From: Curvularia clavata
Lineage: Eukaryota
Assembly (NCBI GenBank): GCA_023920165.1
Contig: CP089275.1
Location: 806,001 to 870,000 of the forward strand
Length of the DNA stretch: 64,000 nt
Reading direction: 5' to 3'
The position numbers and the translations under genes are program-made. How positions within the stretch are numbered: the stretch's first letter is position 1; the number at the start of each line of letters is the position of its first letter. Shown piece after piece: positions 1 to 12,915 of this stretch. The notes under the pieces are model-generated. The model worked only from the letters and a program-made list of their open reading frames with translations. It searched no databases and was not told the origin of the DNA.

Positions 1-143
1 CGGCAACGGTCGGTGATTAGATACCTCTCATGAGTGCCCTAGAGCCTCGCTGGAACATAAATCCCAGCTGAGGCACCCGATGTGCATTCCAAGTGATCAT
101 CTATCATATCATCTACTCTGTGGATACAGGGAGTTCACCAGAG

Positions 144-1163
144 ATGTCGACCACCGTTACTCCAATTAGTCATTCTTGTCCCAACCTCCAAGTTCGGACG
201 CTTGGGAGCGGATTTTGTGTGGAGATCGAAAACCTTGATCTCGCAGCTGAAATCAACGATGACACCTTCAAGCTTCTGCAGGACCTCCTGACGAAGGTAA
301 GCTACCTGGTTAGCCTGAGATTCATAATCCTCGCTGATTAATGATAGCACGGAGTGGTGGTTGTGCGCAAGACAGGTCTTAATGATGCCTCCCACATAGC
401 CCTAGCCCGCAAGTTCGGTGAACTAGACGATGTGAAGCCATATAACAAAGCTGGGCGCAAGAACCGTCTTGCTTACGACGAGCTCTTCGATGTCGGCAAC
501 ATTGAAGCTGACGATAGTCTCGTCTCACCCACCAGCCCACGTGCCCAAGCCAATAAGGGAAACAACTTTTTCCACGTCGACAGTAGCTTCAATCCGCGGC
601 GAGCAGGCTACTCCTTACTTTTAGCTCACGAGCTACCTCCACCTGGCACAGGAGGCGCGACCGAGTTTTGCGACACGCGAGCAGCATGGGAAGACCTACC
701 AGATGCTGTGAAGAGAGACTTGCTAATGAACAACTACGTCGCATGCCATTCCATTCTGCACTCAAAGAAACTCGCTGCGCCAGGTCACTTCGCAAACATC
801 GAGCCTGCAGAGCATCCAATGGGCCGACACAGGCTGGTGCAGCCGCATGAGAAGTCTGGACGCACTAACTTGTATCTGGCTATGCACATACACCACCTAG
901 AGGGCTTGGAACAGGAGAAAAGTCAAAAGCTTTTTGACATGCTGTTCCAACACGCCACTCAGGCCAAGTACCGGGTTGCGATCGAGTGGCACAATGTTGG
1001 CGACCTGGTCATCTGGGACAATACATGTACCATGCATCGAGCGATGGGAGGCGAATTTGCGTACAAGTACAGAAGGGACATGAGACGGGCCACGGTTCAT
1101 GATGGTAGCAGTCAAGCGTGGGGTCTCAATGAAAAGAGTGAGATGAGGCAGGGTCTTCCATAA
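144..1163 (+). CDS. Alpha-ketoglutarate/Fe(II)-dependent dioxygenase, TauD/TfdA family (2 exons)
   Basis: ATG at 144. Intron 297-347 (GTAAGC...CTGAT...TAG) joins LLTK to HGVVVVRK. HVD (HxD) iron motif, GGATEFCDTRAAW, and WDNTCTMHRA...RDMRR C-terminal motifs. Confidence 0.92.
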
Positions 1164-1266
1164 ACAATGCGTTTAGCTATAGCAAATCATGGTCCCACGA
1201 ATGCCTCTCAACTATCAGTATAATCTGCTAGGAGATGTATATCAATGGAATATTCTCGATTGAAAT

Positions 1267-1943
1267 TCAAGGCCTTCGAATCCGAACAAGCTCGCCGCCA
1301 TTTCCATATGCATATTCTGACCCTTCTACCCGGTCATAGTTTGCGACAACGCAGTGATCCAGGATAAATCCTCCACCGCGAGCGACATCGTTGCTGTCAT
1401 AGGTTTAGTGGTGAGGTATAACTAAATATGTGATATGGATACTCACCAATTGGAGTTGTGGTTACCATCGGTCGTCAGTACGCAACCACCAATTTGGCAC
1501 TGCAAATAAGCATCGCAGTTGCTCTTGCGTGCGACGGTGTTGATGCATGCAACAGCGTCAGAGATCTGATGAGTAAAGCAATGTTAGTTGAATTTTTGGG
1601 CGGGAGTCCTAGTTTCATGTTACGCACAGGACAATCAGTATTAGGCTGCTCATAGCAGCTGGCACGCTTCTGGAATAAACTACGAGCTTGCCTGGCTATA
1701 TTCCCGTAGGTTAGCTTCTATGTAGACAAGATGGATCGATCGGACGGCTGAAATACCTTCTGGTGGGCTGCTGAACTGTCCCGCCTTGAAGGCCTCGACG
1801 ACCTCCTCAGGTGTCATATTATCGCCATCAGGGTTGGCAACGATACCTTCAACCCATTCGGAAAAGGATGATACAGCCTTAGCGGCAGTAACAGCCTGAC
1901 TAAGGGCCAGCAGAGAGGCAATGTAAGATACGATTTGAACCAT
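1267..1943 (-). CDS. Small secreted cysteine-rich protein (about 166 aa) with a Kex2-type pro-domain; effector-like
   Basis: Exons 1943-1757, 1695-1628, 1565-1447 and 1393-1267 total 501 nt in one open frame with GT..AG introns. Signal peptide MVQIVSYIASLLALSQAVTA, LFQKR site, then an 8-Cys domain ending ...EGSEYAYGNGGELVRIRRP*. Confidence 0.85.
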
Positions 1944-3268
1944 AGTGCTAACTGATGGTACTAATGGAGGACACTCAGAGTTGCGTATATTGAGATGGAG
2001 TAATGAAGACAGTGAGCAACCGTCCCTCCTTATACGCAGAAGACTACTTGGTGCGTCAAAATCTTGTAAGACGTAGGAACCGCCGCGGTCCGACCTCTTC
2101 GAAAGTGGAACTATAGTGGGTACTATCAGGCCCAAGTGGCCTTACATGAGTTGGCGGCCTTGCGGCAATAAATTTATATTATTATAGCTGATTGGACGGG
2201 GATACGAATCAATCAACTAGTTTTAAATCCTGAATCCACGTCCTACACCGTATAATTGCTTATCTGCCTAACAAGCAATACTCCTGCATTATGATAAAAA
2301 CACTAACCTACTGTGTTGAAAGTTCCGAGACCTATTTGGATTCAGCCGGAGACATTCAGAACCTTAGACTATCGATCCGCTAAGCAGCGGAAAAGTAGAA
2401 GCAATGAGCGATCATAGTTCACTGTCGACCAGACTAATGTTCGTGCGCAATTACTTAATAGCGTGCACTTCGGATGCATAAATCTTCCCAGTGGCGACTC
2501 TTGCGTTTGTGTATAGTGTACGAAATATTATAGCAGACTAACTTTGATTGTCAGAATGCGGAAGTTTGAAAGACTGAAGGCTAACACATTTTCTATGGTA
2601 CGGCCCCCAAACTTTTCAGCCCCATCCGACTAGGGCCGGTCCATTTAGCGCTTATCACTGACTCGCATGATGCAGAATGACCCACAGTACAGCGCGCATA
2701 GCCCAATCGGGAGACGCGCATAACCTCTGCTTTGTCAGGTATGGCCTTCTGGGCGACAAGCTTTTGGCAACGTGCATCTGCATAGAAATACTTCCAGCCA
2801 ACCTCTGTGGCCTATCAGCAGATCGTGTTTTGGAAGAGATCTAGCTTGTCTTCCAAAGAATTGACACCGAGGCCCCGAAAGTCGATCTTATCGTCTTCAT
2901 CGGGCTGTCATGTTAGCGATAGACCATGAGCAGAAAACCAGCCTTCTACCAAATATCCAAACAATACAAGCATTTCATCTTATGGTGCATAGGTAGTCCC
3001 GACGTTCTCGAGTTCTGCTCCGCTTCGAAGAGACATTTCCTTAGCTTAGACTTGATACCTAGAGCTTCCCGCACGGACTTAAAGTCAATATCCACTGACA
3101 ATTGTTCATCCTAATATCCTTAGCTTCTCCACCTCTATTGCATCTCTGCAATGCCGCTCCACTTCTACTAATCCCACCCACCGCCGTTACCGTCATCCAG
3201 GTCTGCATTAAATTGGTATGTTGTCTAGAAATCTACATCTTCACTCATCTAGATCATTCAAAACAGCA

Positions 3269-4900
3269 TTATCTTAAACAAAATACTCTTGTCTTGTATT
3301 TTGTCTCTTGCATCAGGCTTTCCAAAGACACCCGATCTAAGTAGCATTGTCCAACGATATCGCCTGTGCTATTGAACTCATCCTGACTGACGACGAATGG
3401 AAGTTCGGCACCAGGGAATAGAACAATTCTATCGCCGATTCTGGCACCTGCAGGAACGAGACAACACCTCTTTTGCTTCGTCACAAGATATCGCCTTCCT
3501 GGACAAATCTCCTTGTAGTGTTTAGGTATATCTTTCAATCTATAATGCCATCGTCCCATGTGGTTGATAAATCTTTCGTGAGTTTCGCAATCTTGGGGAA
3601 CCAGAAAAGCATTCCAATCGAATGCGGCGGGTGCTGTCAGGTCACATCCTCCTCCAAGCGATATCCAGGAGTACCAAATCTGCAAACTAGCTTCGCCGGA
3701 TGATACTTCGAGGACCTACCCTACGGCTTCAATTGTGTCTATGCACTTTCCTGCAAGTCGTAAGATGCGCAGACTTGGTTGCTGCAATATGATCGCTCTT
3801 TTCCTGGGGAGTAAATCATCCAGCCTACAGAGCTCTGCAAGTGGTTGTAATTCCAATGATATGCTCCAATCAGGCACCCATGAAGGAAGAACGAATGATT
3901 GCCTTCTCGATCCATTTACATTTCGAAGTAGCCTCAAAGCTTCAGGACCTGCTAAAACAAGCCGGGCGAACTCCAAGTATAAATCGTTTGTATGAATGTT
4001 GTACTCAGCATCTATGCGTGAAGCAAGTTTGTCTGTCTGCAAAGCTGAGGCTAGTCCGAGAATCGTGTGTATTTTGTCACGCGGGTCGGGTGCTGCGTTT
4101 GGCCTGAATAGCTACGCTAATTCCAGTGGGTCTTTTGGTTTGCGAGCAAATATACTTGACTTGAGGCTAGGTTCAGGCCATTGAGAGCGCTTGGACGAGT
4201 GACTATCCGAATCTTTAGATTCACTGTTAGGTGCACAACCTTTAGATGATCATTCCTCAAGTTACTCACGGAATTGCGGGTTTGAGGCTGAATTACCGTC
4301 TCTCTGAATCTGGTTTCTTAGAAACTGGATGCCAAGTACTGCATCACAGCGCATTCTCTGCACCGCTGTAGCTTGGGAATTCTCTTTGACAGCTACTGCG
4401 GCATCGACCAACTGTTGCCACTTGATCGAGTACTTTCCGCCCAGAAAGACTGCCCCAGCTGCAAATACGACCTCTTGAATCACCCAAACTCTATGGCACC
4501 AAGGTTGGTTGAACAATCTAGCCACCAACCGGGTCCACACTTCAAAGTATGTATGTTCCAACCTTGGGTCGATAGAATGTTGAGATAGATGTCCATATTT
4601 TATTCACATTAAATCCTCTTCTATCTCTTGACTTCACCCAAGCCATACAACCACCCACACTGCATGTGAATATATGTCTTTCATAAGTCGAACTTGATGC
4701 CCACGCTCAGCTATGTCGTTCTGGTTTATGCATATTGAGTGTACCCAAAGCGTTCGATAGAAACTGGGACACGCCATCCTTGTCTCTCGTAGAATCGAGA
4801 GTGCGGAAATGAGATTCGGTGTGATCAGAATCTCTCGGTTGTCGCAGTAGACTGGATCTGTAATATCCCCACCCTATACATAGGATAGGGCTTCATACGA
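3269..4900 (-). pseudogene. HET-domain (HET-6-like) pseudogene
   Basis: One frame carries YEALSYV*G, LWVHSICINQNDIAERGHQVRLMKDIYSHA, PWCHRVWVIQEV, DPRDKIHTILGL, LPSWVPDWS and VGQCYL. In-frame stops at 4874, 4634, 4604, 4262, 4250, 4112 and 3716. The 5' boundary is approximate. Confidence 0.9.
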
Positions 4901-6591
4901 AACAAAAGGAATCAGAGATATGGCACCGCGGAAAGGATGTATGAGCGAGGTGAAACCGAATGGTGTCGTTCTGAACCAGCGGGTTTCGTGGGAGAAGTTG
5001 TAAAATCAGTGGCCCACCAATGCGCCGATATTGTGGCACTGTCGGGCTGCGCCCTTACACACGGCCCTATTCCGCTAAGAAACTTCTTTTCGATGTAATG
5101 GCCAAAAAGGTTGTCTGTGAATATTAATGATTACTCAGATGATAAAGTCTTCTGACCGGAAGCCGCTGAAATCGAATCGAAGTCTCTCGCCAACATCACC
5201 TTACGTGCCATTTTTACCATTCCTATACTGGGATCCCAACGATTCCTGACTACCATCACAACCTGCCAGATACGAACAAATGATGCGTGTTCCAAGTCAT
5301 TACACGTTCTTAACAGCGTAGAAAATCTGGAACCCAATAGCCAGTACGGCAGACTAGCCTGTTTTTGGATTATTCGCAGCACTAAAAGCTATCCGGATGT
5401 TGTTTGCGTTTGCTTTTGAATAACCGGAAATGATTATCTCAATGAAAACGACAGATACATGCGTGTCAAAAAACCCAAGATTTTTTCATGAGAGTTTCAC
5501 CATGATAATGGGCCTAGCACTTGCGTCGACACACTTGCTGGATCTATTGCTGCTAAGTGTTTTCGCAGTTACCTCAAACCTGATACTTCACTCGATCCCA
5601 GTGCAGGGCGCGTGGGCGTCCGATCCTCTGCGATGTACGACAATGCTATCAACGACTCAATATTGGGCTCTGCAATTGTCTCATAATGCGTCTTGAGATA
5701 CACCACCCAATTCAAATCTAACAGAGCGAGGATCTTCAACGTGTATTCAATCTAGAAGTTGGCATATCAGTGTGAAGCTGTTGGTAACGGGTGCACAAAT
5801 GTCAAGATCTGATCCAGTTTGGACCAATCCAACGCCATCTATTCTAGCCTTGGCTCTAAGAGTAAGCAAGAAATCAACGATGTCCATAAATACATAGTGC
5901 TTGCTAGAGAGGCTCTCCAGTGATTCGTCTCGTGAGAATACGACAGCTTGCTTATAGTCTACTTTGAACCGTCTCATAATGCGGTTCAATCCCACTGACA
6001 GTCTAACATTTACTAAACTTATACTCGGTCCCCTTTGCTATTACCCTATTCACGCTCTATAACTACTATAGCTTAACTGGGCTAGAAAATAGATTAGGGT
6101 AGCACGGGAGTCGTGTTGCCAAGAGCTAGGTCGAGATAGAGCTAGGTTATCGAAAATCCGATATAGTAATGTTTTGTGCAAATTGTTCTTGACATGAGTG
6201 TGGCGACGGTGACGGTGGCGAGCGACGGGAGTGCGATTGCGATTGCGAGTGTGCCCGATGGACCGATGATTGGTTTCTTGTTCAAAAGCCTGCCAATGCA
6301 AGGATGTCATAGGTTGACAGGCTGGCCCTAGGGGCTAGGTCTCACTACCGCAAGAGGCTACGCCGAAAAACTTCTCACTTGTCTATAATAGTGACAGTGT
6401 ATAAAGCATAGAGACCATACAAGTAGGAAACTGATTTTCATTTCTTTAACCTTCTTCTTTTGACATGGGAGTAGATGCATCTTTGATAGTAAGCCTCTCT
6501 GATTTTGGCAATTACTACCGAGAAACTAGTCTATGAAACTCCTCTGCGCGCAGTTCCTTAGCTGCCTCATGCGTGCAAATCGCAGGGCGAC

Positions 6592-7997
6592 TCATACGGG
6601 CCAGTTTGGTACATGGCGCTCGGCATGATCTGGCAGAGATTCTGGAGATGAAGCAGTGACGCGCCCAATCTCCCCGTCGATTGCCAGATCATCCAGCTCT
6701 ACATAGTTCTCTGATCCATTTGATCCACGTCCAAACACTTCCTCCACAGACTCTCCGCAGCCTCCACTGACCGTTATCTCTGGCGTCTTCTTGCTCGACT
6801 GTCGTGTACTCATATGGTTCCCCGAGCTCGCAGCGTTAGAGGGGTACGATCGTGATTTGCTTCTTGATTTGTATCTACTTGAACCAGTGTAGCCTTCGAT
6901 AGCGGAGTTGAGCGCATGCTTGAAAACGACGCGAAGTACTGGAATTGAGGTAGCAACGATGGCCATAGAGCACTCTGCAACTGCCCATATAATAGATTTA
7001 TACGATTCATCTATCGCTGTTAGCAATGATCCGTGAATTTCTTGAGACGTCTTACATGATACATCCTGTACCGTCAATTTCTCGATATATGTAGACCTGA
7101 TAATTGACGTGACGCCCGCTCTTCCACGACGTTAACTCAGTCGTCAACTCAATCAAGCAATGCATGAACTCACAATATTCCCAGACTCATTGCGACACAT
7201 ACACCAATCTTCTCTGCGGTGCGCATTTGCAGGTTCGAAAGGATCTTCCACGGCAATATAGCAAGAGACACATCCATAAGCGCTGACCACACTGCGTCTC
7301 AAGTCAGCTAATGAATCAATGTACAGATTTTGAAGTTATCTGCTCACCAGCTTGGAAACGCCCATACACAACGGAGGGATGCTTGTTGATGCATTCGCCC
7401 GGTATGAAGTCGACAAAAGTTTTGGCTAGCGGTTTGCATTGCACCCATGGTATAATGGTAGCAGGGACTGCAAAAATCGCTAGGGTAGAGATCGCAAAGT
7501 AGACGTAGAGTCTGATCCAACCATCGGTCAGCCGAAGCAGAGTAAGTCCGAAAGAGATCTTGCTTAGGGCAATAGCAATGGTATATATCGTCAGTTCTGC
7601 TCCGCCAATATACATCAATTTATCAAGATTGGCCAAGTTCACTAGTGAAGATATTAGCAATCTGAGGTGTAAGATGTAAGACTCTCCTTGGTGTATTACG
7701 GTCAAAAGTATGTCTTCCATAGCCCATGTTGATAGATACTTGGTTGATGGAAACTTGGACCAGAAGTAAGATCTTTATCATATGAGCTAACTGCTATTTG
7801 CTTTCAGATGTTGTTGCACTCACCCAACTGACGACAAGTGTGCAATCGTCTAGCCACAGCTTCCCTTGACGCTGGCGAATACAAAGCCGGGGAATCAAGA
7901 AGGCAGCAGCGACGGAGACCAGCGACCAGGTGACGACGGACATAAGCGGTCCATGGCTCTCGTCCGGGTTGCTAACCCAACCATCGAAGGCGACCAT
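6592..7997 (-). CDS. PTH11-like (fungal rhodopsin-domain) integral membrane protein without CFEM; multi-exon
   Basis: Motifs PRLCIR...GKLWLDDCTLVVSW, LSKISFGLTLLRL, QCKPL, MDVSLAILPWKILSNLQMRTAEKIGVCVAMSLG (read from 7280-7180) and IIWAVAECSMAIVATSIPVLR, followed by a Ser-rich tail. Confidence 0.88.
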
Positions 7998-9097
7998 CTG
8001 GATTGGACTCGAAAGCAGCGAAAAGGAGAAGGGATTGAAGGGAATACTCCTTAACGCTATGTCAAAATCCAATAGCGGTCATAGTGGTAAGATGCTGACG
8101 TGGGACAAGGATCAAGTTTATATTGAACGACGTTGAGGATAGGGTTGCGGATAGAAGTTATCCGCCTCGATAGTGGCCGGTATTCACCCTTTTCCTTCAG
8201 TAGTGGGTACTCGGCTGAGAGCCGTGTCCTATAATGGAAACTAGAACGGCGCGGCAGTTCTAAAATGTAAGCCTTGGCAGATGCTTGTGGGGACGCTTAG
8301 AATGGTGCATAGGTATCAGACAACACTGGCTTGGCTATTGGGCAATGCTAATGAAGGCATCGTTCGCCGCTAATCATGCAGTGCGGGAACTTGCATGCGA
8401 CTCTACTAAAAAGCCTGTGCAGGGTAAGGCAGCCTGCATAGTCAGAAATGAGATCGATCTGGGATGGAACAGACGCAGTAGTAGTATAACAAACAATGGT
8501 CTGATCATCCCTGGAGAGATCATGCCCACTAGACCAAATACGCTACTCTCGGATACGTCTTGGACCGACAGGTTGTTGCTAGCGGATTTATATAGATTTG
8601 CTAGACACCGTGACGAGCCACAAGGGCCGGCAATATGGGTCTCAAGTATCCACCCATAACGCTCGAGCGTGTTATTCTCCCTGACACGAGTCGCAGGATC
8701 TGCTAGATCTAAGAACGCACTAAGCCCCGTGGCTTGCGCGAGCGGATCGCGGTTGATCTAAGGCCCTTGCATGGAACGCACCGCGCAACGATCTGCAAAC
8801 CTTTATAGCTCCGGTCCAATCGCATCACGCGCATAGCGAGCCACTACGACGATCCCTCTGCCTCAGGCCCTCCATCCTGGGATTTGGAGTAGGTAAAGCG
8901 GGCTGTTAGGACTATACTGCAAGGTACCCGACCTCAGATTGGCATCTCTATCGGATGAGTGTGATAGCGGCCCACATGTGCGCAGCACTCATCTTCCATT
9001 ATGGAAGTTGAAAAATCCCTGGCTGTCGCCGGCTAGATCTTCCTCGCTCCACACCTTTCCTTCGCACTTTTTCACATCTGATATTGTTGTTGCAAAC

Positions 9098-10677
9098 ATG
9101 AAGGTCTCAGTACTATGCAGCGCAACGCTCTTCTCATTGGCTACCTTCGCCTTCCCTGCGAGCATGCTCAAAGGCGACATCAGTAAAACGACACTTGCGG
9201 AAATCACTGCTCTCACGGAGAGGATCTCAAGAGATTTAGAGAGCAAGCGATCGGGTGCCCATGTCAAACGTGCATTCAATGCAGAGGCTCAGCGCATCAG
9301 TACTACTGGTGACCACAAATATGTCAGTGGCCCTATCGAGATGTACAATATGGAATTGCATTTGCTAATGGCTTCGTCACCAGATCGCACCCGGTCCCAA
9401 TGATCTCCGCGGACCTTGCCCTGGTATCAACGTGTTGGCAAACCACGGTTATATTCCACGAAATGGCATCTCCACAATCACACAGATGACTACGGCCGCC
9501 AATGAGGGTTTGCATGCCTTTGTTTTCTTATTTACAGAGTGCTAACAATTTTAGTATTTGGTATGGGCCTGGATCTATCCGCATTTCTGGCAGTCTACTC
9601 CGCTGTCATGGCAGGTGATCTCACCTCTTTTTCGATTGGTGGTAAGCCCAAGACTGGCGGGCTCCTAGGCGGTGCCATCTCGTCACTCGGCCTTCTCGGA
9701 GAACCACAGGGCCTGAGTGCGTCACACAACCGCTTCGAGGTTGATGGATCGCCCACGCGATCGGACTTGTACTCATCGTATGTTATCCAAGTTTCTTTCT
9801 CTTCTTTTATGGTCAAGATAACTCATAATCATAGTGGCGATCCCGTATCTCTCAACTTGAGCTTTTTCGACCAGCTCCTCTCTATGCCTCTTGGCAAGAA
9901 TGGCATTGACATTCCTGTCCTGACTGCGTTCCGCCTTGACCGCACGAGGCACTCAATCGCTACGAACGGTCATTACTTCTCAGGCCCACTACAGACTTTT
10001 GCGTTAAACCCGGCCACGTATCAATTCACCTACCGTTTCTTCGCCAACCACACTGCTGAGAACCCTGATGGCTATCTCGATGCTACGACACTTATGTCAT
10101 TCCAGGGTGTTACTGGAGAGAAGGGTAATTATAAGTGGGCTCGCGGGCAAGAGAGGATCCCTGAAAACGTGAATACCCATCGTAACACAATCCGCTTTTA
10201 TTTACTAACATCCATCACAGTGGTATCGCCGCATCATTGGTGACGATTACGGTATCCTGTCGTTCACTGAGGAAGCCATTTCGCTTGAAGTAGCCCACCC
10301 CGAACTGATCCGAGTTGGTGGAAATACTGGCAAGCCAAACTCTTTCACTGGTGTGGATATTGACGACTTGACAGGTAAGTAATCTCTCTGTACGAATTCC
10401 ATGTGAGACAAATAATGACTTTGTATACCAACCCTTAGGCAACGTCTTCAATGCGCAGACACTTCTTGAGGGAAACAACCTAATGTGCCTTGCGTTCCAG
10501 GCAGCTAGCGAAGGTGCTCCTGACATCCTCCGCGGATTATTTGGCAACGTCTTGGTCGCTGTGCAAAAGTTGGCCTCTGTTATACAACCGATCATTGCAG
10601 AGCTTGGGTGCCCCGAGCTTGTGAAGTACGACACATCCCTGTTCAAGGCCTTCCCCGGTGCTGGAACCGTGGTGTAG
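9098..10677 (+). CDS. Heme-thiolate peroxidase / unspecific peroxygenase (long UPO type), secreted; multi-exon
   Basis: Signal peptide MKVSVLCSATLFSLATFAFP. Exon 2 (from 9384) encodes DLRGPCPGINVLANHGY with the PCP proximal Cys. SHNRFEVDGSPTRSD motif and GQERIPENWYRR. Confidence 0.9.
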
Positions 10678-12915
10678 AGTGCGACTATATACTTTGCGAA
10701 CATCTCGACTAAACCCTTCGCTTTCAAATCTTTCCTCGTTGTATTAATACTATAAATCTTTCATCTGACATACTATTCTCTATGCCGTGCGTGCCACAAA
10801 CAAGTGCAGCGAGTCATAATGAACTGCGGTGGTATCTGCCGCCATTCGACGCTCATTGCGCATGCGTATATATTATGTGCTAATCGCAACGCATCTGATG
10901 TATGGTTTTCATCGAGTTTTCTCTTCTATTTGAATTAGCTATTCGGATTTTTCCGCAATTGGAGCTAGCATCAACCTTGAGCTATATGCTAGATATAAAT
11001 ATTAATACTAAGTATCAATATCCAGCGATCGATCCAGTAATTGATTGACTGCAAGCCTTGTCGTAGATACCATCATAACGCAATCAGTAGGACGATTGTC
11101 TGGTAATTGCTGATCGGCTAGTGCCTTGTAGGCTCTTAAGATATACAACACGCGACGCGATATAGTAGTAAGTTGAGTGACTAAGAACTGATACCTATAC
11201 AATCTATCTCTAGCTACACCTAGCTATCTATCTTCTCAAAGAGGTGTTATTCATACCTAGCATCAGTATGCTACACCGGTATCGTGTGTATATCACTCCA
11301 TTTTTAACATTCTATCAGGAAGTTGTTTCTTAAAGCTGTACAAGCGGTTGGGGGATCGCGACTATGTATGCGATTGTGCAGGCAAACGCGCGTAGATGTT
11401 GTTCTTATCTATAATGGCTGGGTTGGAAAGAACTCCTCTGTATGAAAGATCGGGAATAGGATATGTGTTGTGTGCGAAGCGGTCCAGGAGAAGCGTCGTA
11501 TCGTTGGGTGAATATCCGTCGTTGGGAAACTGCTGTTAATTTTTCAACGGCAAGTGAGTGCGCATAAGCTTCTTTTTAATACCTTTTTTCTGCTGCAGCG
11601 GGTTGCTTTTGGGAGAAGAGATGAATACGTTCTGGCTATTCCCCGCATTCTTGCCCTGCATAACACAGCATGTCTTCTTTAGATTGTGCGGACTCTTGCG
11701 AGTGTTAGGCCCCATCACTTGCAAGTGTGTAAGGAAATGGGCATGGTTGGGTAAAAGCTCGAGGTTCAAGTTTGCGGATCGAGGCGGTAACTGAAATGAG
11801 ATACATGGAGGACAGGAAGACATAGAGAGGGACAGAATCGCTCAACGTAGAGTCGATGTTGTTTTGGTGGTCCAGGCTTCGATTGAGTGGGCGGGCCAAT
11901 GGTCGATTAGTGGTTGCGCGTACGAAGTGCTGATCTTCACGCGGTTGGCGAAGAATATCCTCGTCTTCGACCAAAACAACTACAACCACATACTGAGAAG
12001 GGTTCCCGTCTCGAGAAGGTCAAGGTAGGAGCGGGTTGGCCATCCTGATAGAAACTATTAGCAAAATACCAGTATACACACTATGGCCAAGCTACCGCCG
12101 CTCTAAGTACCCTAAATGTACTTTGCTATGGCGTTGCTTTCATACTCTAGTAATTTCACCTAAGCTCTACTATAAATCAGCTGAAACCCCCAAAGGCGTG
12201 TAAATGCAAATCAAATCTGAGAACAAACCAATCATAGCGGTTTTAGTTCAACGAAGAACTACATCCACGATAACAAGGGATGTTCTGTTACGTTTGGCAT
12301 AACAATAATCTTCAACGCATTATGGAATACTCCTAAACAGGAAAAGGACGGATACTTTGATAGTGCCGGTACCATAGTAGATGCGCCTCAGAAACTAAAG
12401 CAAGCGAAAAAAAAAGGAAAACACATTTGCGAGTGCCCAAGCTTACTACAGTAGTGCAAACCCACGCGTGTCTATCATACACAGAGTATACACCGTGCGA
12501 CTTGATTGCATATGGTGCTCACGTCAACGACTTTACAAGTAACGGTCGAAAGATGTTTGATAGTTATCCATCAATTGGTCCATCCTATCAAGGTCTATCA
12601 AAGACTTATTTCTGCGAAGCATATGCCAGATTTATGAAACTAAAAAGCACCAGTGCCAAAGAACTCGTGACGGCGCCAGACGGCACCAGGCGGCGCTAGG
12701 GGAACGTTTTCCTAGACATAGTATCCGAAACGCTAACGATTTCCTCTTTTGTTATTCGGATGATGACAGGGCCGTATCCGATTGCCGCCCCTCTGTGCTA
12801 TAGAAGCCGCTAGGTATTGCGGGGTAGACAGCCCGCCCCCGCAATCAAAATCGGACTCATATTCCGCACTCCAACATAGCAATCGAATCCTTACTCTCCT
12901 TACCACACGATAATC

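Noticed and set aside
5131..6310. Short ORFs between the HET pseudogene and the PTH11-like gene
   Set aside because: No motifs and no consistent splice model.
11400..12043. Minus-strand stretch with partial ORFs (MANPLLP*...EDEDILRQPRE...)
   Set aside because: Several stops and no recognisable motif. It could be a relic, but I cannot support a call.
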